This document shows, piece after piece, positions 19,846 to 29,193 of a stretch of 64,000 nt of DNA; positions within the stretch are counted from its first letter, which is position 1, and each line of letters starts with the position of its first letter. Below the pieces are notes generated by a model. That model ran no database searches. It was not told the origin of the DNA and was given only the letters and a program-made list of their open reading frames with translations. The translations under genes were made by a program, and so were the position numbers. Source of the DNA: a virus (lineage: Duplodnaviria; Caudoviricetes); the IMG/VR virus record IMGVR_UViG_3300038345_000076, positions 32,001 through 96,000 of that record, one strand, 5' to 3'.

Positions 19846-20631
19846 TTAAGAGAAAACTCTTTCCAAAATTGCGCTTATTTGCTCTTTCGAAAAATTGTTT
19901 TCCTTTGCTTTAGCAATCGACGTTTCAACATTGACCAAGATACGGCGGTAATCTGCAATTTGATTGCTCAACTTCTTTTGTGCTTCCTGCTTACTTGAAT
20001 AGTAACGAATTGCCAATAAAATATTGGCTGTTGTTATATCTCTATATTCAACAAACAGATTGACAGTGAAAGATACACCGTTTTCTTCAGCCCTCAAGGT
20101 GCAATCTGTATAACGGTTGTTGCCGTCTTTGTCTTGACATTGGTTGCCTCTGAAAATTGCAACCTTGCCGCCTTCGATATAGTTTGACTCTTTCAACTCT
20201 AAAACCTTGCAAGCGGTTAAGACCTTATTATATAAAGTCTTGTTTTCCTGCAACTTCTCCAGAACTTCAGCAAATGTAAGATTATTGGCAGCGTCGATCT
20301 CGTCGGTGTGTGCTTCAAGATACTTCTTCTTTGCGTCTGCAATCGTAACCGCTTTAGTCTCTTCTGTCATAATTCCAGATTCAACTAAAGGAGTTAACGC
20401 CTTCTGTAGTTCAGAGTCGTCAAACTTAATAGGACAAAAATAGTCTGCAATCTCAATAGAAAAAAGTTGATTTTTGTCGATTTTCTCAATAGCCTCCTCC
20501 GCTTTTGCAGATTCAACTAAATTAAAATTGCCACTAACTTTGCCCTTTGTCTGTGTGGCGTCCTTTACTTCAACTTCTGGAAGGTTGTTACTATTATTCA
20601 CAACGTTTTCCTTCTTTGTCTTTTTACTCAT
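19846..20631 (-). CDS. Hypothetical protein (first gene of the leftward region)
   Basis: 261-aa ORF with its own promoter and terminator. Confidence 0.75.
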   Translation of the reverse strand: MSKKTKKENVVNNSNNLPEVEVKDATQTKGKVSGNFNLVESAKAEEAIEKIDKNQLFSIEIADYFCPIKFDDSELQKALTPLVESGIMTEETKAVTIADAKKKYLEAHTDEIDAANNLTFAEVLEKLQENKTLYNKVLTACKVLELKESNYIEGGKVAIFRGNQCQDKDGNNRYTDCTLRAEENGVSFTVNLFVEYRDITTANILLAIRYYSSKQEAQKKLSNQIADYRRILVNVETSIAKAKENNFSKEQISAILERVFS

Positions 20632-20715
20632 AATTGCTAATATTTAAGGGTGTTACAAAATGTCAATTTTTACCGCTTTTTTTGCGGTGGTTACTCTCTC
20701 GTAACCTTTCACCTG

Positions 20716-20723
20716 CAAAGATA
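20716..20723 (-). promoter_or_regulatory. -7 promoter element (TATCTTTG)
   Basis: TAnnTTTG match upstream of the 20631 start. Confidence 0.6.
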
Positions 20724-21213
20724 CATTATAATACTTAATAATACAAAAAATAATACTTTAAATTACGTTTATAATGTGACTTTTTCCGAAATATTTACAA
20801 AATTAAAATTGAAGGTATTATTTTGCAATCTCTACTTTGCAAAATAAAGCTTTTTTGTCGGATCTGACTTCATGAAATGATATATATTATATAAAAAAAT
20901 CTATTGTTTAGGCTGTTCTTCTCAATACCTATATATATATTAAGTATGATTATTATTTGCGCTTAATTTGCGCTTTATGGTTGTTATAATATAATAAAGT
21001 GGTATTATTTACCTTTGCATCTATTTGCAACCAGATACGACATAATACGACGTAATACATGATATTATATATATAGAGAGAGAAAAAAAAAGAAATGTAT
21101 TTATATTGTTTGTTTGTTTGTTTGTGATTTATTTTATTTTGTGATGCAATTTTGTTAAGAAAAAAAGACTTTAGTACGATATTTATAAGTATTTGATTTT
21201 CAAGCGGTTAGAG

Positions 21214-21241
21214 ATGTTACATTATAGTTATAATGTGACTT
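21214..21241. promoter_or_regulatory. 28-bp 11-6-11 inverted repeat (dif-like site or operator)
   Basis: ATGTTACATTA-TAGTTA-TAATGTGACTT; the same right arm recurs at 20772-20782. Confidence 0.45.
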
Positions 21242-21560
21242 TTTTTGTGTTGTTTTTTGTCGTTTTTTTAGACGGGTACCCCCCTTTTAACAACTTTGGG
21301 GAGCCCTACTGACCTCTCGCCGAGATTTTTTATTTTTATTTTTTAAAATTTTCGTTTTGATTTTCAAATTTTTGTGAATTTAGTGTAGGTTATTGGAAAT
21401 CCTACACGGAAAAATGCAGAAATCGTTCATTGTCTGAAAGCCTTATAAATAAAGGGTTTATTTTTGCACAATGTAGGTTGTGAACGATAAATAGCACTCC
21501 TATATAGGTTTTTTGTAATTTAATAAAAGGGTGATAATAATATATATATAATCGTACATT

Positions 21561-23039
21561 ATGGCGAAAAAGGGTGAAAAATCGTGCATTAAGGACGTTT
21601 TACAGGCTGAGATTGGCAGATATTCGGGTCAATTACAGTCATGTATTGACAAGGGATCGTTGCTGAGAGCCTATCAGACCCGTCGCAGGAGCGAACGCCT
21701 TTATGCCTATCACTCGATACTCCGTGATGCCTGTTGCAGTTGTTTCCGAGGTACATCTATGAGTAATGACGGCAAGAAGTGTGTTGTCTGGGGATTTAAT
21801 GGTAAGTATTGGACTCCGTTATCCCCTGTTGTCTTCCGTGACAGCGTAGGTCAGGCATTGATAGCCGCTGCTGGAGCAGGTGATTTCGTTGTCAAGGGTG
21901 ACTGGATAGAGAAGCAGAATACGTTATTGCAGAGTGCATACGCAGGTGTATGCGTATCACCCTTGGAGAAGAACCCTGCTGTTGTCGGTTTCAGGAATGG
22001 TGTATGGGATTTCACTGATATTGAGAATCCCGTCTATCACTCGTTTACGGACATGATGCCTGTTACCGATTTATTGGGTTATGATTATGATCCTACGGCA
22101 TCATGTAAGATGTGGCAGTCGTTCCTAAGTATGATGCTAAACCAGAAAGACATCTTGAAGTTGCAGAAGTACCTTGGTCTTGGCTGTGTCAATCGTCGTT
22201 TGATGTCAAATGTCGTTGAGGACACCTTGTGGCTCATTGGCAGTGGTGCGAATGGTAAGACCACCATTGAGGATGTAGTCAGAGCCGTTTATGGCTATGA
22301 TAATGTCAGCGAGGCTTCGATGGGTGAACTGTTAGACAGGAATCAGATCAGCCGTATGCTGACGATGAGCAATATCGACGGCAAGATATTCAATATCTGT
22401 AGTGAGGTTGACATGAGTGATATCAGCAGGGGCAGTGATGCCTTCAAGCGTCTGTGCAGCGGTGAGCCTCAGAATGCGAGAGGTATTGGTGAGAATGTCC
22501 GCAGGATATATGACATACCGTTTCTGATATTCTCGATGAACCAGCGTCCCGTGAATAAGCGAATGGATGCCGCCTTCAGACGCAGGATAGTTGAGATTGT
22601 CTTCAATCAGTCTATAAGAGAGGAAGACATGGATGCTGGTTTGGGGGATAAGTTGAAGAAAGAATTGCCGGGTATCAGGAACTGGATGATAGAGGGTTAC
22701 AAGATGCTTGTCAGAGACGGATTCCGCTTTGACCATTGTAATTCCGAGGACTATATGGAGTACAATGACCAGTTCTTTGACATCTTCGCCCGTCACGACG
22801 GATTACGTGCGAGTGCGTGGGCGGGTCGTGGTGAGAAGGCTCAGTTGGTAAGTTTTGCCACTCTCTACGACAAATACGTTGATTTCTGCAAGCGCAAAGG
22901 CTATGGTCAGGAAACTCCGTCTGAGAAATCTTTGTCCCAGGATTTGAAGCGTCTGAACTTCCGCAAGGTGCGCAAGGCTGCAGGTGTATTCTACGAGGTA
23001 TATTGTGAGAACGAACTTGAATATGCAGTGAAGTTATGA
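21561..23039 (+). CDS. P4/D5-family SF3 helicase (primase-associated)
   Basis: VGFRNGVWD (D5_N), GSGANGKT Walker A, ICSE Walker B, SMNQRP, AFRRRI, C-terminal winged helix. Confidence 0.88.
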   Translation: MAKKGEKSCIKDVLQAEIGRYSGQLQSCIDKGSLLRAYQTRRRSERLYAYHSILRDACCSCFRGTSMSNDGKKCVVWGFNGKYWTPLSPVVFRDSVGQALIAAAGAGDFVVKGDWIEKQNTLLQSAYAGVCVSPLEKNPAVVGFRNGVWDFTDIENPVYHSFTDMMPVTDLLGYDYDPTASCKMWQSFLSMMLNQKDILKLQKYLGLGCVNRRLMSNVVEDTLWLIGSGANGKTTIEDVVRAVYGYDNVSEASMGELLDRNQISRMLTMSNIDGKIFNICSEVDMSDISRGSDAFKRLCSGEPQNARGIGENVRRIYDIPFLIFSMNQRPVNKRMDAAFRRRIVEIVFNQSIREEDMDAGLGDKLKKELPGIRNWMIEGYKMLVRDGFRFDHCNSEDYMEYNDQFFDIFARHDGLRASAWAGRGEKAQLVSFATLYDKYVDFCKRKGYGQETPSEKSLSQDLKRLNFRKVRKAAGVFYEVYCENELEYAVKL

Positions 23040-23422
23040 AAAAATTGAAGTTTAACATACCTATATACGACTTTGATATTACTCTTGTTCAGATTGAAGA
23101 GAAGAGTGACAAGGATAAGGTTCTTTCCGTGCTGAAAGAAATTAAGTGCACACAAGAACACATGGATAGTGTCTCTGATTATATTGATAGAGGCTGTTAT
23201 GGTGGTGGTGACACTTTCTACAACTTTGACATAAGAGCAATGGTTATTGTCTTTTACACATTTAGGAGTGAGGAAAGCAGATGGGAGGTGTATTCTCACG
23301 AAAAGAGGCATATTGAAGACAGGGTGCTTCAGCACTCTCACGTTGACGATATTGAATCGGCAGGACTTCTTGCAGGGTATCTTGGAAGGAAGTTTTATCA
23401 TTTTATGCAATTAGTAAAGTAG
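23036..23422 (+). CDS. HExxH metallopeptidase-like protein
   Basis: SHEKRH...ESAGLL. Confidence 0.55.
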   Translation: MKKLKFNIPIYDFDITLVQIEEKSDKDKVLSVLKEIKCTQEHMDSVSDYIDRGCYGGGDTFYNFDIRAMVIVFYTFRSEESRWEVYSHEKRHIEDRVLQHSHVDDIESAGLLAGYLGRKFYHFMQLVK

Positions 23423-23430
23423 AGATAGTT

Positions 23431-23784
23431 ATGGTAATAGATAGTGATAAGTATTTCATACACTCTAACGCATGGTGGTGGGGCGTTGACTGTCGGATTA
23501 TCCGTAGGGATGGTGCAGGTGTTGTCAATATCAATTTTGATAATTCAATGCCAGAGACCTGCTACATCGAGGGATTGAGTGTTGTTGAGAATGAGAGGGG
23601 GAACGGCATTGGTCGAAGTCTTCTTGAACTCTGTGAGGTGGTTGCAAGGCAGGAGGGTAAGACTTTTCTTTCTCTTTCTGTCGAAAAGGATCATCCGTGG
23701 TTAGTGGAATGGTACAAAAGAATGGGTTTCTGCATCTACAGTATCGAAGACCATACTTTTCTTATGATTAAATGCTTGAAGTAA
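23431..23784 (+). CDS. GNAT acetyltransferase
   Basis: LSVVENERGNGIGRSLL and WYKRMGF motifs. Confidence 0.85.
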   Translation: MVIDSDKYFIHSNAWWWGVDCRIIRRDGAGVVNINFDNSMPETCYIEGLSVVENERGNGIGRSLLELCEVVARQEGKTFLSLSVEKDHPWLVEWYKRMGFCIYSIEDHTFLMIKCLK

Positions 23785-23799
23785 CAAATTTTTTGAATT

Positions 23800-24324
23800 A
23801 TGAAAGAATACAAGATTTTGTTTGCCGATTTGGATGGCACGTTGATCACTACGGCGAGCGGCAAGACGTTTTCCGAGGATTGTACGGATTTCCGCGTTCG
23901 GAAAGAGGTTCTTGACAAGATTAAGACGATGAAAGGTCTGGAATACCTGTCAATCGTCACGAATCAAGGAGGCGTTCCTCAGTTTATATCTCAGCATGAC
24001 GTTGAGGTGAAGATTAGGAGTATTGCGGAGTTTATTCGCTTATATTTTTCTCAAAAACCTTTCAATCCAGAAGATAATGAGGGTCTAAAAATCATTTGTG
24101 AATATTGCGCTTCGATGGAGAAAGACCACCCATGCCGTAAACCAAACACTGGTATGCTCGAAAACTTTTTGAAATATTCTGGTTGTAAGAAAGCTGACAA
24201 GTCTGTTATGCTGATGATTGGTGATGCCAGTGGAAAGCCAGGGCAATTCTCTGACAGTGACAAGAAGTGTGCCGAGAACTTTGGCATTGATTATCTGGAC
24301 GTAGAAGATTTCTTAAATGCTTGA
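23800..24324 (+). CDS. HAD-IIIA polynucleotide/DNA 3'-phosphatase-like protein
   Basis: DLDGTL, VTNQGG, CRKPNTGM and IGDASG...FSDSDKKCA motifs. Confidence 0.85.
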   Translation: MKEYKILFADLDGTLITTASGKTFSEDCTDFRVRKEVLDKIKTMKGLEYLSIVTNQGGVPQFISQHDVEVKIRSIAEFIRLYFSQKPFNPEDNEGLKIICEYCASMEKDHPCRKPNTGMLENFLKYSGCKKADKSVMLMIGDASGKPGQFSDSDKKCAENFGIDYLDVEDFLNA

Positions 24325-24327
24325 ATT

Positions 24328-24570
24328 ATGGAAAAAGCAAGGGATAAGTTCAGGATTGGTCAGTTGGTTCAGATAATAGTCCACAACTCGCATTATCATG
24401 AATTTGGAAGGATTGTGGCATTCGACGAACACAACGAGTACAATGTCAAAGTTCAGTTTGATGATAATTTCGCGCAGGGCTATATGGTAAGCGAATTGAG
24501 ACCTGTTCCGAGACTTGGGGAAAAACTTCCATTAAATAAGAAACTTAGATCAATATTTCGTAAGTTATGA
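24328..24570 (+). CDS. Small SH3/KOW-like hypothetical protein
   Basis: KFRIGQLV...GRIV pattern. Confidence 0.55.
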   Translation: MEKARDKFRIGQLVQIIVHNSHYHEFGRIVAFDEHNEYNVKVQFDDNFAQGYMVSELRPVPRLGEKLPLNKKLRSIFRKL

Positions 24571-24824
24571 GGATATTAAAGAAAATAAAGAGATTGTGGT
24601 ATCGGTGGCGCAATAGCGATCCCGTCCACAAATGTCCTGTTTACAAAAACGAGGGCTGTGTGTTTGTCGATGGCATTTTTTGTCCGTTCCCAGATTGTGA
24701 CATAGTTCACAAGTACCTTGGTCATAAGTTTGTCGGATGCGCATATTGCCAATACAATCAAGAATGCTGTAGCAGGAATTACGGGCTTGGTTGTTATGAC
24801 GGTAAACCTGATAATTCTTGCTAA
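24567..24824 (+). CDS. Cys-rich hypothetical protein
   Basis: 10 Cys in 85 aa. Confidence 0.55.
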   Translation: MRILKKIKRLWYRWRNSDPVHKCPVYKNEGCVFVDGIFCPFPDCDIVHKYLGHKFVGCAYCQYNQECCSRNYGLGCYDGKPDNSC

Positions 24825-24902
24825 TTCTTTCAAGAGTTGCAAGAAATGGAAAGAACTGAAAAGAACTGAAAAGAAACTTTATTCACAAAAACTTTAAGAT
24901 AT

Positions 24903-25193
24903 ATGAAGTACAAAAAGAAACCAGTCATTATTGACGCAATTCAAGTGAGTGCAAGGAACTTTGACCGTATCTGTGATTTTATGGGATGCACGCCAGAGCA
25001 GTATCTTAACCCTATGTCAGACATTGACGAGTTTGGTGACAGCCGTGACTCTTATCTTGGTGTCTATGTTGAAACATTGGAAGGCAAGATGCTTGCCAAC
25101 ATCGGCGACATGATCATCAAGGGTGTCAACGGCGAGTTCTACCCTTGCAAGCCTGACATTTTCGCAAAAACTTACGAGAAAGTAGAAGAGTAA
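24903..25193 (+). CDS. Conserved phage protein (PGDYG-like family)
   Basis: KYKKKPV...TLEG...GDMIIKGVNGEFYPCKPDIFAKTYE. Confidence 0.75.
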   Translation: MKYKKKPVIIDAIQVSARNFDRICDFMGCTPEQYLNPMSDIDEFGDSRDSYLGVYVETLEGKMLANIGDMIIKGVNGEFYPCKPDIFAKTYEKVEE

Positions 25194-25221
25194 TTTGTTT
25201 CACTTTTAAAAATTTAGATTT

Positions 25222-25716
25222 ATGGATTTCGGAAAAGCAATTATCGCTCTGAAACAGGGCAAAGCCATTCAGAGAAGTGGCTGGAATGGTAAGGGATTGT
25301 TTGTCGTTAAGCAGATTCCTGCCAGTATTAACGCCGACATCATCCCGAAGATGCAGTCGCTACCTCAGTCCGCGAAAGACATTCTTATGTCACGCGAGAA
25401 TCCGCACATCGACTACACTAATCAGATGCTTATTGTGAATCCCGACGGTCGTGCCGACTCATGGGTTCCGTCTTCGTCAGACGTTTTCGCAGAAGACTGG
25501 CGTATCATCGGCGAGGAAGAGACTTTCCTTACCCGTCTGAAGGAAGAGGCAGCGGAACTTTATTACAGACATGAGAAACTTGGCGAGTTCCTTGGCTCTG
25601 ATAAAGTTGATGTTGTGTCTGACAAACAGAAAGAGTTACTGAAGCGTCAGTACGATGCCATGACGGAGTACGGAAAGATACTCGACGAGCGTATTGTAGA
25701 TATTGAGAACAGTTAA
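25222..25716 (+). CDS. DUF2829 (Tad2-like) domain fused to a crAss001_48-like helical domain
   Basis: MDFGKAI.ALK.G...R.GWNGKG...WVPSSSDVFAEDW, followed by RL..E..EL...EKL..FL...QKELL..Q..AM..Y..IL..RI. Confidence 0.7.
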   Translation: MDFGKAIIALKQGKAIQRSGWNGKGLFVVKQIPASINADIIPKMQSLPQSAKDILMSRENPHIDYTNQMLIVNPDGRADSWVPSSSDVFAEDWRIIGEEETFLTRLKEEAAELYYRHEKLGEFLGSDKVDVVSDKQKELLKRQYDAMTEYGKILDERIVDIENS

Positions 25717-25748
25717 TACTATTGTTTCACTTTTAATTTGTTTTTATT

Positions 25749-26270
25749 ATGGGAATTATTATTGTTGGACAGAAAAAGCAGAAGACCGTTAATATGGGCG
25801 GTGTAACTATTGTGCCTGACAGCGGTGTAAATGCAGCTAACAAAGGCGGCATGACTGCCGAAGAGAAGAAGGCTCTGGTTGAGAAAATTATGGAAATGCC
25901 GAAAGACCAGATTGTTCCTGAGTTGCGCAAGCACGGCTTCACTGACATTGCCGACATTACCGAGGCTCAGATGAAGGAAGCTGAGAAAGATGCGCAGGAA
26001 GATGCCCGTGAGAAGCGTCTTGCCGAGATTATGGCTCTGCCTGTTGACGAGCGTCTGCCACTGTTGCTTGCCGAGGGTTACGAGGATGAAGCCAAGAAAC
26101 TCTCTGAGGAACTTGCAGCCGAGCAGGGTGGAGAGTCTTCTGGAAATGCAGAAGACACTACGGCTGAAGACGGCGAGGGCGAGAAAACTGAGACCGATGA
26201 TGGTGACGGCGATGGTGAAATTGAGCCTGAGAAGAGAAAGGTCGGTCGCCCTAAGAAGAGTGAAGAGTAA
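25749..26270 (+). CDS. Acidic protein with a C-terminal AT-hook-like motif
   Basis: KRKVGRPKK terminus. Confidence 0.7.
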   Translation: MGIIIVGQKKQKTVNMGGVTIVPDSGVNAANKGGMTAEEKKALVEKIMEMPKDQIVPELRKHGFTDIADITEAQMKEAEKDAQEDAREKRLAEIMALPVDERLPLLLAEGYEDEAKKLSEELAAEQGGESSGNAEDTTAEDGEGEKTETDDGDGDGEIEPEKRKVGRPKKSEE

Positions 26271-26287
26271 TTCAAGAGTTTTGTGCT

Positions 26288-27025
26288 ATGAGTAAGATTG
26301 ATAGACTTAATAAACAATTCACTGCATTTGTAAACCAACTGACTCCTGACCAAGTTCGGGAGCAGTTGGTTCTCGCATATCTCCAGATGGAGAAATGTCA
26401 GACGGTGTTGAGGGGCTACGACGTTGAGCCTGTTGAAATGATGGATAATGGCGAAAGTTCCGACTTGGAACTTTTCTACCGTTGCAAGAAAGCCGCCGAG
26501 GAACTGGCTTATCTGAACCAGATGGTTCACGATGGTAAGAAAGTCGGTGCTATTGAGTTGAAAGTGAAAGTTGACACCGATCCTGCCATACTTAGCCTAA
26601 AAGAACTTCGTGAAGAGTTCTGCAAGATGGCAGATTCAATGAAGCCAAAAGCCTTGCAAGTTGGGTCAGTGGTCTATTTCCTCAATAAAGGGCGCATCCA
26701 CAAGTCCACGATAAAGGACGTATGTGGATTACATGCAGTAACTTTTGAGCCTTGCTTCCATGTCAATGGTTATGACAATGTTTTTCTTGCCAGTTCCATC
26801 TATGATTCCGCTGTTCGTTTGGCTTCTACTATTGGCAAACTTGTAAATAACCATATTTCTGTTTCCTCAGACCATGAATCGGCATATTTTATAGACCAGA
26901 CAAGTCGTGTATTCAAAGCCGCCAAATGGTATCTGGAAGAGCAGAAGATAGAACATTTTAAAAGTTTGAATGCTATGAGGGAGTATCTGCTAAAGAATAT
27001 TGTTGATGACACTAAAATAGAGTAA
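26288..27025 (+). CDS. Hypothetical protein
   Basis: 245-aa ORF. Confidence 0.7.
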   Translation: MSKIDRLNKQFTAFVNQLTPDQVREQLVLAYLQMEKCQTVLRGYDVEPVEMMDNGESSDLELFYRCKKAAEELAYLNQMVHDGKKVGAIELKVKVDTDPAILSLKELREEFCKMADSMKPKALQVGSVVYFLNKGRIHKSTIKDVCGLHAVTFEPCFHVNGYDNVFLASSIYDSAVRLASTIGKLVNNHISVSSDHESAYFIDQTSRVFKAAKWYLEEQKIEHFKSLNAMREYLLKNIVDDTKIE

Positions 27026-27027
27026 TC

Positions 27028-27645
27028 ATGGAAGAGAAAAAAACGGAAAATTTGAGCACGATACCTTACGGTAAGCCTGCGAGAATCGGTAATTTCAAGA
27101 TTTGGAAGAGCAAGTTTGAACTTGTGAGCGACCCGACCGAAGATCATCGTAAAAAGGTTGCTGAAGAAAGCAAAGGGAAAAAGAAAGCGGTTCGGCAGAA
27201 AGTGACTATTGACTGCATCAACGTTTCAATTCTTGATGGCTCCTGGATGGTACGTATTCCACAGACTTTTGAGCAGTTTGCCATGCTCAGTCTTGCTTAT
27301 GCGTGGTCTCTGAGTGATGACAAGGATGAACAGGTAAAAGGAAGTGACTATCTGCGTACAGCCATATCGAATATGTACTACGTTTCCTGCATCTGCAACG
27401 GATTCTTCCATCATGGCGTTGAAATGGTTACGTCTGCATACGTTGATCCCGAATTGCTCAAAGAGAATGAGCGTCACGAGGCTTTCCTGAAAGATGCCAA
27501 ACTGACTATTGAGCGATTCCTGGACTGGCGCAAGGGATATGACGAAATGGTAGCAGCAGGAGAGCCGAGTGACCGTGAACTTCATCAAGACGAGATTGCA
27601 GAGCAGGCAATGGAGATTCTTGCCGATGGAGATAAGAAAGAATAA
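27028..27645 (+). CDS. Hypothetical protein
   Basis: 205-aa ORF. Confidence 0.75.
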   Translation: MEEKKTENLSTIPYGKPARIGNFKIWKSKFELVSDPTEDHRKKVAEESKGKKKAVRQKVTIDCINVSILDGSWMVRIPQTFEQFAMLSLAYAWSLSDDKDEQVKGSDYLRTAISNMYYVSCICNGFFHHGVEMVTSAYVDPELLKENERHEAFLKDAKLTIERFLDWRKGYDEMVAAGEPSDRELHQDEIAEQAMEILADGDKKE

Positions 27646-27676
27646 AACCTACCGATTTCGATAGGTTTAAGTGCAA

Positions 27677-27704
27677 TAAAGTGGTCGAATTTGACCACTT
27701 TTTT
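27677..27704. terminator. Bidirectional terminator-like hairpin
   Basis: AAAGTGGTCGAATTTGACCACTTTTT between convergent genes. Confidence 0.6.
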
Positions 27705-28293
27705 ATTCTTCTGCATCAAGTGCAGCTTGAATTATCTTCTTTGAAAGTTTGATTACCCTGCCCATTTCAACGGGACGGATAATATTTCCTTTTTCATCCT
27801 TGCATTTCTTTGCTTCCTCATTATAGGCATAGAGTAGGGGACACTGGCTGCATTTTGAAGGGAAATAGAAATTAATTGCATCTGTATCGTCTTCCGTACC
27901 TTGCTCATTCTCTTTCTTGATGTCATTGTACTTTGCATAGAGGTCTGCACGTTCTTTGGAGCCTACTGGCTGCTGTTTTGCAGAACAAAGTATCTCTTTC
28001 AATACTTCCTCAGTTCCAATCAATTCCACTTCATCAATAGAGACAGGCGTTGCAGAGCCGTCTTTTACTCTCTGCTTGCGTTTGTCGAGAAGTTTCTTGA
28101 ACTTCGCGCTTTCTACAATGTTCTTGCGTATGCTGTCATTCTGTTGTGAAGCCAGTGCTTCGTTTTCAGGGAAAGCAATGGCGTAGGCATCCTGTTCGGA
28201 ATACCCAACCGCTATAAGATCAGCCATGACTAAATACTGGACGGTGACGTTCAGTTTCTTTGCTTCTGTCTGTTTTTGCTTTGATAGTTCCAT
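27703..28293 (-). CDS. Hypothetical protein, possible terminase small subunit
   Basis: In the packaging operon; N-terminal HTH-like segment (GYSEQDAYAIAF). Confidence 0.45.
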   Translation of the reverse strand: MELSKQKQTEAKKLNVTVQYLVMADLIAVGYSEQDAYAIAFPENEALASQQNDSIRKNIVESAKFKKLLDKRKQRVKDGSATPVSIDEVELIGTEEVLKEILCSAKQQPVGSKERADLYAKYNDIKKENEQGTEDDTDAINFYFPSKCSQCPLLYAYNEEAKKCKDEKGNIIRPVEMGRVIKLSKKIIQAALDAEE

Positions 28294-28294
28294 C

Positions 28295-29173
28295 TTATTC
28301 TAAGTTTTCAATTTGTTCTTTCGTAAAAATAGGAATGGCATAACAACAGCATGAAGGATGAACGGGCAAAACTCCATAAGCCTCTTGAATCGGGTGGAAT
28401 CCGCAGTTGTCGTCGCATGGGGAACAGGGATAGCTGCTGCCACGTAAGACGTATAAGCCTGCCGCACCTTGCTCTTTGTAGTCCATGACCTGTGAGCGCA
28501 TCCATACCATTTGCAAGGTTGTCTTTGCCATGTTTGTCACATTGGTACTGCCGTTATTCGATAGTCCGACATTACCTTTTACGACACCACGACTGCGTAT
28601 ATATGTCGCATTGAATGATTCTGCCTGTTTGAAAGCCTGTTGTACCTCTGGTATGGTATATATGGTATGCAGATGTGTCTTAGCCTTAGTGATGGCTTGT
28701 GCGAGAGGTATGTTTGCGTATTTCAATGCTGCCACAGCCGCCTCTATGTCTTTCATGAACTTGTAGAGGTAGGTGTCGAGGGTCTGCTGCAAGTTACGGT
28801 TGTTTCGGCCAAGCAAAAGCATCCAAGCCAGCAGGGTTTTAGCACTGTCTTTGTCGGTTGTGACACGGGTTGAATATTCCTCTATCAGACTGAGAATTTC
28901 TTCTTCCGCTTCATCCATTGCCTCCGAGATTTCATTCATCATCTGTTCGTTAAATCCGTTACTGAGATAAAGCAGTTTCGGGTCAACGTCGTAACGATAG
29001 CAAATAGTGATGATACGCTCCATTGCATCCGCAAGAACTTCATCAATACGTGATTGCAGTAATTGTGCGTATTCCTCTCGCATGAGGACAAAACGCTTTG
29101 CAGCGTTTATATCCTCCTGCGTAGGAATAGCGTATTTGCTTGTATCGAGTGAAATCTTAATACTTTCAGCCAT
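28295..29173 (-). CDS. MuF/SPP1 gp7-like head morphogenesis protein
   Basis: Follows the portal gene; C-terminal CxxC...PVHPSCCC. Confidence 0.75.
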   Translation of the reverse strand: MAESIKISLDTSKYAIPTQEDINAAKRFVLMREEYAQLLQSRIDEVLADAMERIITICYRYDVDPKLLYLSNGFNEQMMNEISEAMDEAEEEILSLIEEYSTRVTTDKDSAKTLLAWMLLLGRNNRNLQQTLDTYLYKFMKDIEAAVAALKYANIPLAQAITKAKTHLHTIYTIPEVQQAFKQAESFNATYIRSRGVVKGNVGLSNNGSTNVTNMAKTTLQMVWMRSQVMDYKEQGAAGLYVLRGSSYPCSPCDDNCGFHPIQEAYGVLPVHPSCCCYAIPIFTKEQIENLE

Positions 29174-29193
29174 AACTTATCATCTTAACAGAT

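Larger units (their letters stand above)
20632..21560. other. AT-rich non-coding control region (origin or genome-end candidate)
   Basis: About 930 bp without a credible ORF between divergent units; (TA)n, (GA)n and (GTTT)n tracts, short direct repeats, GGGTACCC palindrome; lies next to the helicase gene. Confidence 0.6.

Noticed and set aside
24849-24877. Short tandem repeat GAAAAGAACT
   Set aside because: Only 2-3 copies in an intergenic gap, with no supportable function.
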